Origin: a virus
Lineage: Duplodnaviria > Caudoviricetes
IMG/VR virus record: IMGVR_UViG_3300023301_000010
Coordinates: 1 to 57,650 of that record
Length of the DNA: 57,650 nt
Reading direction: 5' to 3' (one strand)
Each line of letters begins with the position of its first letter. Position 1 is the stretch's first letter. The position numbers and the translations under genes were made by a program. A model generated the notes under the pieces. It worked only from the letters and a program-made list of their open reading frames with translations, was not told where the DNA came from and ran no database searches. Below are positions 25,274 to 34,582 of the stretch, one piece after another.

Positions 25274-27193
25274 TCACACTTCCATTTCGCTATGGTTTTC
25301 GCTCAAACCGCGAGTCCAAGGTTTGTCTGCAAAGGTGAGCTTCGCCTCACCCCAGTTGGGGCCGAACTCTGCGTCAACAATTGAAGGAACGCCGAGATTG
25401 ACACAGTTTTCCATGACCTGTTGAATACGTGCCGCCGTTTCGGGGTCGCCCACGCTGATGTCAAGTTCATCGTGAACCTGAATCATAGGCAAGATGCCCT
25501 GTTCGTATAGGGCTACCATTGCCGCCTTGGTTTGATCGGCTGCTGAACCCTGTATAAGCCTGTTCAGAGCCTTGTAGGTAAACGCGCGCCGTATACCGCT
25601 ACCGTGTTCGTTGAAGGCGTCCTTGTGGCTCAAGGGCTTGTGAATACCGTACCGGGAAGGTTCCCACATATCGAAGCGACAACGCCGCCCCAACAACGTC
25701 CGTATCACGCCCTTCTGCGCCGCCCTGTTCATGGTGTACTCGCTGAGCTGACGCACAAACGGCACGCGATCGTGATAGACCTTGAACAGTTCTTCGGCTT
25801 CGTCCAGTGCCAGACCCAAGCTTGCCGCAAGCTTGTTTTTCCCCATGCCGTAGAACAAACCCAGATTGATGTCCTTGGCCTGTTTACGGGGTACCCCTAC
25901 GATGGATGCCGCAAGCGCATGAAAATCCGTACGAGGATCCTTCTCGTACTGCTCGACAAATGCTCGAGCCCCTTCAAAATCCAAGAGACTTGCGTAATGC
26001 ACCACAAGGCGAGGCTCTTGACTGCTGTAGTCAAACGCGCCCCACTGTTCTCCAACTTCTGGTAGAAATAGGCTCCGGATAATCGGTCCGATCTCAGCAT
26101 TCCTTGCAGGAATTTGCTGAAGGTTAGGATCGCTATAACTGAATCGGCCCGTAACAGTGCCACCTTCGTCTGAGCGAAGTGAATGAATTTCCGCATGGAT
26201 ACGACCCTTGTGTGCGTGTTTCAGAATCGTGTCGATAAACGTGGTCCGCGCTTTGTTGAGCTCTCTCGCGTACACGATCTTCTTGGGCAGTGGATGATTA
26301 TGCGTTTTGAGGAACAGCTTGCCGAAGCTCGGTGCTCCCGTTTTCTCGGTCACCCCGTAGCTGATGCCCGCAACATCAAACGCCTTGGCTACACTCTGCG
26401 CCGCCCAGATGTCGACCGACACCCCATATTCCTGTTTCACTTCATGTAGGATAGCAGCTTCGCGCTTTTCCAAATCGGTTTTGATAAGGGCCGCACGTTC
26501 CAAGTCGACACGCACCCCTTTGGATCGCATATCGATAATGACTTTCTGCACCTTCAGCTCAAGATCGACAATGCTGCTGATGTCTTCTTTGATCACCAAT
26601 CCTTTGAAGTGGTTCCAAAGTTTCAGCGTCAGTGCCGCATCCTGCTCTGCATAGGCACCCACCATCGTAGCGGGGAGTTTGTACATTTCGGCTTTGGCAT
26701 CAACGCCGAAGTCGCGTGCAGACTCTTGCAACAGGCGTTCGTCTTTGCGTTCGTTCAGGTAATCGCGCCCCAACGAGTTGAGCGCGTAACTGAAACGGTT
26801 CTCGTCGAGCAAAGGTGCAACCACCATCGTGTCAACCACGCGGCCCTTTACTTCGATGCCTTCAGCTCTTAGCCAACCGACATCGTATCCCGCGTTATGA
26901 AAGATGAAAGTTTTTTCAGGGTCACTGCACAAATCACGAACCCAAGCCATAGTCCGCTTAGGATCGAGATTAGGGCCAAGACGATGACGAATGGGAAAGT
27001 ACCAAGCATCGCCTTCAACAGCGACGGCAACTCCGATAATTTCTCCGTCGCCTCGCGGCCAACCGCTGCCCCGGACTTTGAGGTTTGGGTCGTAGGTTTC
27101 AAGGTCAATCGATATTTCCTTTGCCCACTTGAGGTTCGGGTAGCCGTCTGGCATCACCCATTCCGTCGGCTGCGTGAAGAGGGGCAACTCCAT
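25274..27193 (-). CDS. polA: Family A DNA polymerase with 3'-5' exonuclease
   Basis: IDLET, HNAGYD and YAEQDA exonuclease motifs; FDYSSQEPR, KQAKDINLGLFYG and QVHDE polymerase motifs. Confidence 0.96.
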   Translation of the reverse strand: MELPLFTQPTEWVMPDGYPNLKWAKEISIDLETYDPNLKVRGSGWPRGDGEIIGVAVAVEGDAWYFPIRHRLGPNLDPKRTMAWVRDLCSDPEKTFIFHNAGYDVGWLRAEGIEVKGRVVDTMVVAPLLDENRFSYALNSLGRDYLNERKDERLLQESARDFGVDAKAEMYKLPATMVGAYAEQDAALTLKLWNHFKGLVIKEDISSIVDLELKVQKVIIDMRSKGVRVDLERAALIKTDLEKREAAILHEVKQEYGVSVDIWAAQSVAKAFDVAGISYGVTEKTGAPSFGKLFLKTHNHPLPKKIVYARELNKARTTFIDTILKHAHKGRIHAEIHSLRSDEGGTVTGRFSYSDPNLQQIPARNAEIGPIIRSLFLPEVGEQWGAFDYSSQEPRLVVHYASLLDFEGARAFVEQYEKDPRTDFHALAASIVGVPRKQAKDINLGLFYGMGKNKLAASLGLALDEAEELFKVYHDRVPFVRQLSEYTMNRAAQKGVIRTLLGRRCRFDMWEPSRYGIHKPLSHKDAFNEHGSGIRRAFTYKALNRLIQGSAADQTKAAMVALYEQGILPMIQVHDELDISVGDPETAARIQQVMENCVNLGVPSIVDAEFGPNWGEAKLTFADKPWTRGLSENHSEMEV

Positions 27194-27326
27194 CAGTAGT
27201 GACCTTCATTGATTGTTTGCACTGGCACCGAGGCCATTTGTTTTTCAACTGTCTAAAAGTAACGGTGCGGGATTCTTTCCCGCACTCGCATACTGCCAGA
27301 ACACGATCATCCAGAGCCAAACTCAT
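27105..27326 (-). CDS. Small Zn-ribbon protein
   Basis: CECG...CQCK; 3' end overlaps polA. Confidence 0.5.
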   Translation of the reverse strand: MSLALDDRVLAVCECGKESRTVTFRQLKNKWPRCQCKQSMKVTTDGVAPLHAADGMGDARRLPEPQVGKGNID

Positions 27327-27612
27327 TTTCACACCCGAGCATCTCTGCTTCAACGAGCAGAAGGTAGCGACGCAAGTCGCGGATGTCATCGAGAATACCA
27401 GTGTTCGACGGATCAAGCTTTATCGCCTTGAACACATCGTACCCTTGCTTTCCGGTTTGGTTTTCAATGCGGTCCCACTTACGGGCCAACATCATAAACG
27501 CCCCGACACCACCACGGCGCTTCCAACTGTCGCCGTAGCTTTCGCGGGCCTTGAGCAACCCCTTGCAATCCTGCTCGACAAGCTCGGGGAGATGGTCATA
27601 CAGAGTAATCAT
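27307..27612 (-). CDS. Nucleotide-modification-associated domain 1 (Nmad1/DUF1599, MazG-like)
   Basis: SYGDSWKRRGGVGAFMMLARKWDRIEN...DDIRDLRRY. Confidence 0.72.
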   Translation of the reverse strand: MITLYDHLPELVEQDCKGLLKARESYGDSWKRRGGVGAFMMLARKWDRIENQTGKQGYDVFKAIKLDPSNTGILDDIRDLRRYLLLVEAEMLGCENEFGSG

Positions 27613-28580
27613 TTCACCCTCCGTTCGAGCCACTCGACACACGCCTTGCGCCAGTCGTCGGCTTGGATTTCTTTGGCCACACTGATTGCCTCGATAAGGT
27701 CGCCACCCTTCCACACTCGCCACGCGCGGCGCATGGGGTCGGCTACCTCGTGAAAGAACGGATTATGGTACGGCGTCATCTGTTCACGCTTTTCGTCCGC
27801 CAAGAAACGAGAAAGGTCCATGTCAAACCGTTTGGCGTCCTTAACGAGCGGATAGTGCTTCAGGTTGTTGGTGGCGTAGGGGTCGTAGTCGGCCACCAAT
27901 CCATCGAGCTTTTTCAGCACTTCCGTATACGCATGAAAGCTGTCGGAGACCTGCGTGTAGCGACCGACTCCCACCCCGACCTGCGCCGCCATATATTCCA
28001 ACAGGAAACTGAAGTGGACGGCGTTGGCCCCATACGCTCCCCAGATCATATCGTTGCTGCGACAGCAAACCGTCATATGCAGGAGATCATCCCGCACCTT
28101 GAAGTAGATGTGCGTATTGCAGGGGATGTCATTGCTTTCATTGTTATCCATCAGATCCAGACTAGGATCCCAGATACCGACCACGGTACGGCGGTCGTTC
28201 TTGAAGTTCTTGAGGCGATACGCTGCCGTGACGAGTTGATCAGTTTCGAACCAGTTACGCCACCGATACCCGTAGGCTCCCCAAAAGCTTTGTCCGTCGT
28301 TGGAATACTCGGCGATACGCTTGTTGTACGGAGTCAACCACGCGACGTCCTTCCTACCACCCAACATCCACAAGCTTTCGAGCATGTGAAAGAAAGGGTT
28401 AGCGTCACGTTGCGGATAGAAAAGCACCCGCTCACACGGGTTCATGTAAGTAGTGGCCACGGGCATCGGCATTTCTAGGGTTTCCCCTGCCCGCGTCTGC
28501 ACTATATTTCCAGTATTCCGGATACGCAGTACCCCTAGATAGAGCGCTTCAGACACATTTTGGACGTTGATCGCGTGCAT
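27609..28580 (-). CDS. Thymidylate-synthase-family dUMP hydroxymethylase
   Basis: RDANPFF, GAYGYRWR, DIPCN (catalytic Cys), RSNDMIWGAYGAN (Asn at the dUMP-specificity position), SDSFHAY. Confidence 0.85.
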   Translation of the reverse strand: MHAINVQNVSEALYLGVLRIRNTGNIVQTRAGETLEMPMPVATTYMNPCERVLFYPQRDANPFFHMLESLWMLGGRKDVAWLTPYNKRIAEYSNDGQSFWGAYGYRWRNWFETDQLVTAAYRLKNFKNDRRTVVGIWDPSLDLMDNNESNDIPCNTHIYFKVRDDLLHMTVCCRSNDMIWGAYGANAVHFSFLLEYMAAQVGVGVGRYTQVSDSFHAYTEVLKKLDGLVADYDPYATNNLKHYPLVKDAKRFDMDLSRFLADEKREQMTPYHNPFFHEVADPMRRAWRVWKGGDLIEAISVAKEIQADDWRKACVEWLERRVK

Positions 28581-28581
28581 G

Positions 28582-29331
28582 TCAGCCCCCGAAAGCTTTC
28601 TTCCAATAAACGGTGACTTCGACGCGCTCGCCGAACTCTCCACCCGTCTTGTTCTTTTTGTTTCGCAGCTTGACGCAATCAGGATGACGATTGTGCAATG
28701 CGATAGCAGCGGCTTCGTGCTTTTCAACGTTGCGGTGAATACTGCATCCGCCCTTGGCCTGAGTGCCCGACTGATTCTGCGCGTAGTCTGTGAAAATGTA
28801 GCTCGGCTTCCCCTTTTTCAGGAGTTGCAGTGCAACATCAAAGTCTTCCATGTACTCAGCGCGGTGGTCGCACTCGAGGTATGCGCTCCGTTGGTAGCCG
28901 AGCACCCTCATGTACCGTTGGTTTTTCACATGGGGGTAGGGCAGTCGGTTTTGGCCTTCGCGAGCACTGATGCCGACATGCGCGTAAAGCTGCAACGCCA
29001 TTTCCATCTCGCGGAACAGGAACGAGTCCTCGTTCTTTTCCAAGGCCCGTAGGTGGTAGTCCACGTCTGACTTGCGCTTGTAGAAGGTAAGGTCGTCATC
29101 AAGCATGACGAAACTTTCCCCTGCGAGCTCTTTGGCAATGGTCAGGCGCTTTTCTCCAATGGTGTGGTACGGAATAGCGACCGCCTTGCACCCGTGCTGT
29201 TGAATAAGAGGGAGATACTTGTCCTTCTCATCCTCGTGCAGAACGAGTGTGACGTCTTGCTTCACACCCGGCAGTGACTCTAGCGTAGGGCAGCGATCCC
29301 ATCGCCCCCTGCTTACGACAAAGATATTCAT
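28582..29331 (-). CDS. TET-associated/GREB1-like (base-J-type) DNA glycosyltransferase, GT-A fold
   Basis: IFVVSRGR, FVMLDDDL (DxD), EDFDVALQLL, GGC, W-terminal motif. Confidence 0.8.
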   Translation of the reverse strand: MNIFVVSRGRWDRCPTLESLPGVKQDVTLVLHEDEKDKYLPLIQQHGCKAVAIPYHTIGEKRLTIAKELAGESFVMLDDDLTFYKRKSDVDYHLRALEKNEDSFLFREMEMALQLYAHVGISAREGQNRLPYPHVKNQRYMRVLGYQRSAYLECDHRAEYMEDFDVALQLLKKGKPSYIFTDYAQNQSGTQAKGGCSIHRNVEKHEAAAIALHNRHPDCVKLRNKKNKTGGEFGERVEVTVYWKKAFGG

Positions 29332-29349
29332 ACCCCATACTCGCTTTCT

Positions 29350-30213
29350 TCAGAGCGTTGGTTTGAACAGGCTTCGCGGTCTGCCTTGATCTAGCAGTAC
29401 TCGCATGTACTTATCCCACTCGCAGAGTGAATGTTCAATAGAGCGCATGTCGAACTCGGCTTGTGGCACATGGTTTCCCAAGTACTCTGCGCTACGCTGC
29501 AAAAGCTCGTACATTTCAGCATTCCAATCGCGAGCCTTGATACTGTTCAGGTCGCGACCGTGAATGCGATTTAGTCCGCGCTTGGCACCGGGTCCGGCAT
29601 TGGCCCATTTCATGCGGTCTTTGGCGAGCGCCAGAACCGGAGTGTGGTTAAGGTCGGTGATCACCTCATACGCCATGAAACCACCACCACCCCACCCTCT
29701 GAACTGTCCAAGGACACCGTGCATCGCTTGGAGCGAGTTGGTCTCCCTAGCCATATCGGCAAGGTACTTTCGGTTTTCCCACAGAGGGTTCAGAAAAAGG
29801 TCGACCACCACCTGTTCCTTCGGGTCTTTGAGCCCTTGGTTGGTGATGATGTAAGCCCCCGTGAAGACCTTTTTACCACTGTTGAGCCGATTGCGGGCGA
29901 GCGCCTTGGCATAGTTGGGATTCCACTTCTTGGTCCACCCATGCTGTTCGGCAAACTCCATCGTACCGAACATCCGAAACAGGCAGCAGTTGAAGATGAT
30001 CTCTTCAGCTGGGCTGTCATGGTTCGGGTTGGTCCAGTGCTTCCGCATCCAAAGGGTAGTGCGGTCATATTCACGAAACACGTTCGTGAACTTATATGTT
30101 TGAAGGATTTTGTCCTCGGTCCAAGGCGCGGCGTCACCCGCTCTACGCTTGGCGTAGATCAGATGACGCTCGTTGATCCAATAGAAAAACTTTTCGAGGT
30201 TTTCCTGAATCAT
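29350..30213 (-). CDS. aGPT-Pplase1-family (5-hmdU DNA kinase helical-domain) DNA-modifying protein
   Basis: FFYWINERH...PWTEDKILQTYKFTNVFREYDRTT, FTGAY, FMAYEV..DL, GPGAKRGL, IEHSLCEWDKY. Confidence 0.88.
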   Translation of the reverse strand: MIQENLEKFFYWINERHLIYAKRRAGDAAPWTEDKILQTYKFTNVFREYDRTTLWMRKHWTNPNHDSPAEEIIFNCCLFRMFGTMEFAEQHGWTKKWNPNYAKALARNRLNSGKKVFTGAYIITNQGLKDPKEQVVVDLFLNPLWENRKYLADMARETNSLQAMHGVLGQFRGWGGGGFMAYEVITDLNHTPVLALAKDRMKWANAGPGAKRGLNRIHGRDLNSIKARDWNAEMYELLQRSAEYLGNHVPQAEFDMRSIEHSLCEWDKYMRVLLDQGRPRSLFKPTL

Positions 30214-30221
30214 GGCCGTGC

Positions 30222-30938
30222 TCAATACTTGGCGATCAGTCCGATGTAGCCGCTTTTCGTGGCCCACCGAACGAAGTCGCGCGCAACCTTTTCTTGGTTG
30301 TCCGCATCCTGCAACCGACGCACGGCTTCTTCTACCGTTGCGGAAGCCTGAATCAGCATCATGTTCTTGTAACGGAGAGAGGCCTCACGACCTTCGAAGT
30401 TTTTAAGAACCTTGATGGCTTCATCCCCGTGAATACGGAGGTTGTTGGGGTTAGGCAAAGGAGACTCCACTTTGGCTTTGGGTTGCGCCTTGGGCCGTGT
30501 AGCAGCCCTAACAGGCGAAGGGTCCACAGGGGCTTCCTGCGGGGTCGGTACGGTAGCGGTTGCCCGCTTCAGCACCATGCTATGCAAGGCTTCCGCCGCG
30601 ACGCTCGGTGAAGGAAATCCGTTGGTTCCGTAAGGGAACGAACGCTTGCCCCCGTTGAGAGCAAGCCAGACGGCATCGAGCTCGTCTTTGCGGAAGAAAT
30701 CTACAAGCTGTTTTATTTCAGAGTACACCACCGCCGTCTCACTTACGACCTTAGCGGTATGTGCATCTTTCAAACTCTTGAACTTGTAGACGTTGTAGGG
30801 CTTGCCGTCACTGGCGGGTTGCCCCTCGGCGATAACGTAGTACATGCTGTCCCTTTCTACGACAGAGTGTGCAACTACCGTAAACGGTGCCGTTGCACTG
30901 ACAAGAGCTACCTTCTCCACCCTCCAAGCGTGTGCCAC
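30222..30938 (-). CDS. Hypothetical protein within the modification operon
   Basis: 238 aa with a Pro/Ala linker and a small C-terminal basic domain. Confidence 0.75.
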   Translation of the reverse strand: MAHAWRVEKVALVSATAPFTVVAHSVVERDSMYYVIAEGQPASDGKPYNVYKFKSLKDAHTAKVVSETAVVYSEIKQLVDFFRKDELDAVWLALNGGKRSFPYGTNGFPSPSVAAEALHSMVLKRATATVPTPQEAPVDPSPVRAATRPKAQPKAKVESPLPNPNNLRIHGDEAIKVLKNFEGREASLRYKNMMLIQASATVEEAVRRLQDADNQEKVARDFVRWATKSGYIGLIAKY

Positions 30939-31573
30939 AGTTTCTCATTGCGCTTAGGAGGAACTACCGTTTCCCAATCGGCAAAGCCTTCGATGACTTT
31001 TTCTGCCAGTTGGAACCAAGGAATGTACTGACTAGCGGGAGTATTGTAGTGCAGCTCCATACTAAATTCACGTACAGAGTCCGGGAGTGTGAAGGTGCCG
31101 CCGTTCAACAGCAAGTCATACTCGGCCCCTTCGCAATCCATCTTGATCGCTTCGGGCAGTACACTCCCCAACACCTTGCTGAAGTTGGAAGCGCCGACAG
31201 TAACCTTTTCGCGGCCACGAATGGAGTACATGCTGTAGTTGCCGTGATTGGTGCCGTCGGTGAGGAAGAAGTCGATAGACTTTGCATCACTGGAAACCAG
31301 AGCCGAGTTATGCAGCTTGGCCCGAGCATCACTGCCTACGTTCTTGGTCAGCAGTTCGAAGTTTTCTTTGTCGGGCTCAAACGCCCAAACTTCCTTCGCG
31401 CCATTGGCCAGAGCCCAATGTGTGAACGCGCCGATGTTGGCACCGACATCGAGAACAACGCGGTCCTTAACGGCCATCCAACCGTAACTACGGTTGATTT
31501 CACGAATGATTGAATGGTCATAGGTGTCTGGACGAATGAACATCCCGTTGGGATGTTGAATGAGATTGGTCAT
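30908..31573 (-). CDS. FkbM-family SAM-dependent methyltransferase
   Basis: VVLDVGANIGAF, AFEPD.ENF, IKMDCEGAEY. Confidence 0.9.
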   Translation of the reverse strand: MTNLIQHPNGMFIRPDTYDHSIIREINRSYGWMAVKDRVVLDVGANIGAFTHWALANGAKEVWAFEPDKENFELLTKNVGSDARAKLHNSALVSSDAKSIDFFLTDGTNHGNYSMYSIRGREKVTVGASNFSKVLGSVLPEAIKMDCEGAEYDLLLNGGTFTLPDSVREFSMELHYNTPASQYIPWFQLAEKVIEGFADWETVVPPKRNEKLWHTLGGWRR

Positions 31574-31595
31574 GTCTGCGCCTTCTTTCTTAGGG

Positions 31596-31625
31596 GGCGG
31601 GGACCATTTTGCACATGGTCCCCGC
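31596..31625. other. Intergenic stem-loop
   Basis: GCGGGGACCAT-N7-ATGGTCCCCGC with no U tract. Confidence 0.6.
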
Positions 31626-31640
31626 CGCGACAAGACTTGA

Positions 31641-32681
31641 TTACGCTACGTTGGCGTATTCCATCGCCTTAGTCAACGCCTTGCGCTTGATGTTGGCTCC
31701 TGAGCCGAACCACGCGCTGTAGAGGGAATTGCCTTCCTGTGAGGAGCGGCGGGGGTGGTCAACGGCGTAGGTCACGGCGTTGAAGGCACCCCACCACGTA
31801 CCACGGGCCGACTTCATGTCGCTGCCGGGAGACATCTCAAAAGCCTCGGCAACGGTCAAGGCGTTGCGCTTGAACTCATCACGCAACGGCGGGAGGTCAT
31901 TGGCCGCTTTGCCCTGCGCCTTCGCCCTTTCGATAAGGGTCGTAGGCTGAAGCAACTCGGCAATGAAGTTATCGACATCGAACGTTTTGGCGCTCTTAGA
32001 CGAAAGGTACTCCGACTGCTGCTTGAAGGTTTCCATGCAGTTATGACTCAATCCGAGCGCTTCTTCTGCCGCACGCATAACTTCATCGTTGAACATTTGC
32101 AGGTGAAGAACGCGGAAGCGGTTTTGCGATGCAGCATCGCCCAAAGCAAGGGTCAGCGTGTTATTGCAAACCACTCGGATCGGCGTGAACATGATGGTCA
32201 TCGCCTTGCCGACTTGGTGGCTGTTGTTGAGCAGCAAGTAGCCCTCAACTTCGTCGCCCCCCGCAAGCTTGAAGCCTTCTTTCAGCTTGGCGAGGCCCCA
32301 CACTTCTTTACCGAGCTTGAGGCTTCCGGCGGTTTCCATGTTCATGTGGCCCGCTTCGGTAAACTTCTTGAAGAAGCCCATCACCTCACGGTTTTGAAAC
32401 GGGTTGTACCCCGTACCGCAATGCGAAAGAACGCTGTTGTCGCTGTCCCGCACCACGAAGAAGCTGTCTTCTATGAGCATCATATCTCCGCTCGCCTTCG
32501 GGTTGTACTGGTTGTCGACAGAAGGCAGCGTAGACACGTAAGCGGACCGCTTGCTTACCGTCCAGTCCAGTTCGGCCGCAACCAACATTTCCTCAGGGGT
32601 CATGTTGCTGTCAACGTGCTTGCCGAGGCCGTGCCACGGAACTGCATTGGCATAGGCCATAGTTTCAACGAGATGTGCCAT
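31641..32681 (-). CDS. DUF932 family phage/plasmid protein
   Basis: MAH.VETMAY..VPWHGLG, METAGSL, TPIRVVCNNTL, GTWWGAFNAVT. Confidence 0.9.
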   Translation of the reverse strand: MAHLVETMAYANAVPWHGLGKHVDSNMTPEEMLVAAELDWTVSKRSAYVSTLPSVDNQYNPKASGDMMLIEDSFFVVRDSDNSVLSHCGTGYNPFQNREVMGFFKKFTEAGHMNMETAGSLKLGKEVWGLAKLKEGFKLAGGDEVEGYLLLNNSHQVGKAMTIMFTPIRVVCNNTLTLALGDAASQNRFRVLHLQMFNDEVMRAAEEALGLSHNCMETFKQQSEYLSSKSAKTFDVDNFIAELLQPTTLIERAKAQGKAANDLPPLRDEFKRNALTVAEAFEMSPGSDMKSARGTWWGAFNAVTYAVDHPRRSSQEGNSLYSAWFGSGANIKRKALTKAMEYANVA

Positions 32682-32695
32682 GATACTTTCTCCTA

Positions 32696-32992
32696 TCAGT
32701 TGGCTTTGCCGAGGTTAACCTCGGCGGTCATGGTAGGCAGCGCGTCAAACACTGCCTGTTCGAAGTCGATACACACTTGTTCACAGTTGGCGCTAAGAAT
32801 AACCAAAGCTCTCACCATGCCGCGAACTGCACATGTTTCTACGATCGGGTACTTTGTTTCCGGCCGCAGGAATAATTCAAGGTCTTTGTGGCTTACATGG
32901 CCACCGTGACCATGTTCTGACGCGTGTTCGTTGGCGTTCAAAAACGCTTCCTTTGTAAGATAAGGAAACGTTACCACTTTGAGCATACCCAC
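32696..32992 (-). CDS. Hypothetical protein
   Basis: 98 aa, AAGGAGG RBS. Confidence 0.7.
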   Translation of the reverse strand: MGMLKVVTFPYLTKEAFLNANEHASEHGHGGHVSHKDLELFLRPETKYPIVETCAVRGMVRALVILSANCEQVCIDFEQAVFDALPTMTAEVNLGKAN

Positions 32993-33055
32993 ACCCTCCT
33001 TGTACTTACCCCCCTACTACACCCCGCGCCGTTGCCGTTGACAAAAGCTATTTTA

Positions 33056-34582
33056 TCAATGCGGTACGCTAAAGCCTCTGGTACGCATGGGATGTATCAG
33101 GTGAAGATTGGTTTTGGCTCTTGTCAACCCAACGTAGAACACCCGCACCTCGTCATCGTCTGCGGTCATGGTCTTGCGCCACATCGACGTTTGCAGGTTA
33201 GAGTCGGTGGTGAGCATTACGTTTTCAGCCTCGCGACCCTTTGCAGCATGGATAGTGCTGATGGTAATGCGCGGGCTTGCGTCTAACCGCTGTCCTTTTG
33301 CAAAGCACGCCTTGAGGTAACGGCGGTCTTTTTCGGGGATACGACCCAGTCCTTCTTCCCACGATAGAGTATGCAGTAGGCCGTGGTGCATCATTAGGTC
33401 TTCAATGCCGAAGAACTGCTCTTCCTTCACATTGTTCATAGCCTTGTACCCGTAGGCGACTTGGGTATTCAACAGCATGAACTTGTAGATTGTTCTAACG
33501 TCTGCTGCCCTCAACCGTTCCCCACTACGGAGAGCTTCCCACAACCGAACCGCTTGCAAGACTTCCCCGTCGATAGACCTGCTCCCGTTGAAGTTATAGA
33601 GCATACCCCGTTGTCGAACTTCTTCTTCCAACTGTTGAGCACCCTTGCGGGTACGCGACATGAGCAACCACTCGCCATTGTCCAATGAAACTTCTTCACT
33701 GTGACGGTGCCAGAAGATGCCGCCTTCGCCCTCCCGTGGAAGAAAGATCTTGTCGCGCCGCTTTGGTATCCGCGAGACGACCTTTTGGCTGACTTTGTGG
33801 TGGTTGATGGGTATGCGGTAACTTTGCCCAAGGACTTCGACGTTGCCTTCAAGTCCGATAAAGTGCTCAACGTCGGCACCCGCCCAACGGTAGATAGCTT
33901 GGTCATCGTCGCCCGCGATGTAGACCGTTTTGGCACGGGCCGCTATCTGCTCGACCATCATCCATTGCAGAGCACTAAGGTCTTGGGCTTCGTCGATGAA
34001 CACTACCTCGAGCTTCGGGGCAAGGTTGCGCTTGACGAACTGTTCCAATAGATCAGTGTAGTCGTACAGACCCACCGTGTCTTTGAAGTGTCTTATCCCA
34101 CGGTTGACATAGTCAACTCTTGCCCAGTCTGTTTTCAGCGGAACGGTCGAATAATTGTAGACCTCCCGCAGTGGCTTGCATGTTATCCGGCTCATCGTGA
34201 TGAGCTCCAGGAACTTGTCGCCGTAACCGAAGTCTAAGAACGGTCCTTGGTCCTGTTCCGAAGAAGGAACAAACCCTCCAATCTTCAACCACTTGGCGAC
34301 CTCCGCGTAGTGGTCTTGCGTCATCATCTGTTGCCGCGTGATACCGATTTGACCGTAGGCGAGGCTATGCAGTGTTTTGAAGTATGGAAGGTCTTTGTCT
34401 GTCAACCTGAACCGGGCCATCGCCCGGCTCATCGCTTCGTTTGCTGCCGCCCGTGTGAAGGCGAAATAGCCGATGCGATCTGGAGGCGCACCTTTCTCCA
34501 AATGCTCCTCCACAAGCGACAACAGTTTTGTTGTCTTGCCTGTGCCGGGAGGACCGAGAATGATGTTGAACTCAGATGACAT
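33056..34582 (-). CDS. UvrD/Rep-family SF1 helicase
   Basis: GPPGTGKT, FIDEAQD, AGDDDQAIY, QSYR, STIHAAKGREA, FYVGLTRA. Confidence 0.93.
   Translation of the reverse strand: MSSEFNIILGPPGTGKTTKLLSLVEEHLEKGAPPDRIGYFAFTRAAANEAMSRAMARFRLTDKDLPYFKTLHSLAYGQIGITRQQMMTQDHYAEVAKWLKIGGFVPSSEQDQGPFLDFGYGDKFLELITMSRITCKPLREVYNYSTVPLKTDWARVDYVNRGIRHFKDTVGLYDYTDLLEQFVKRNLAPKLEVVFIDEAQDLSALQWMMVEQIAARAKTVYIAGDDDQAIYRWAGADVEHFIGLEGNVEVLGQSYRIPINHHKVSQKVVSRIPKRRDKIFLPREGEGGIFWHRHSEEVSLDNGEWLLMSRTRKGAQQLEEEVRQRGMLYNFNGSRSIDGEVLQAVRLWEALRSGERLRAADVRTIYKFMLLNTQVAYGYKAMNNVKEEQFFGIEDLMMHHGLLHTLSWEEGLGRIPEKDRRYLKACFAKGQRLDASPRITISTIHAAKGREAENVMLTTDSNLQTSMWRKTMTADDDEVRVFYVGLTRAKTNLHLIHPMRTRGFSVPH

Noticed and set aside
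27609-28580. dCMP hydroxymethylase (T4-like glucosyl-hmC)
   Set aside because: The specificity position after RSND is Asn, not Asp, which favours dUMP.
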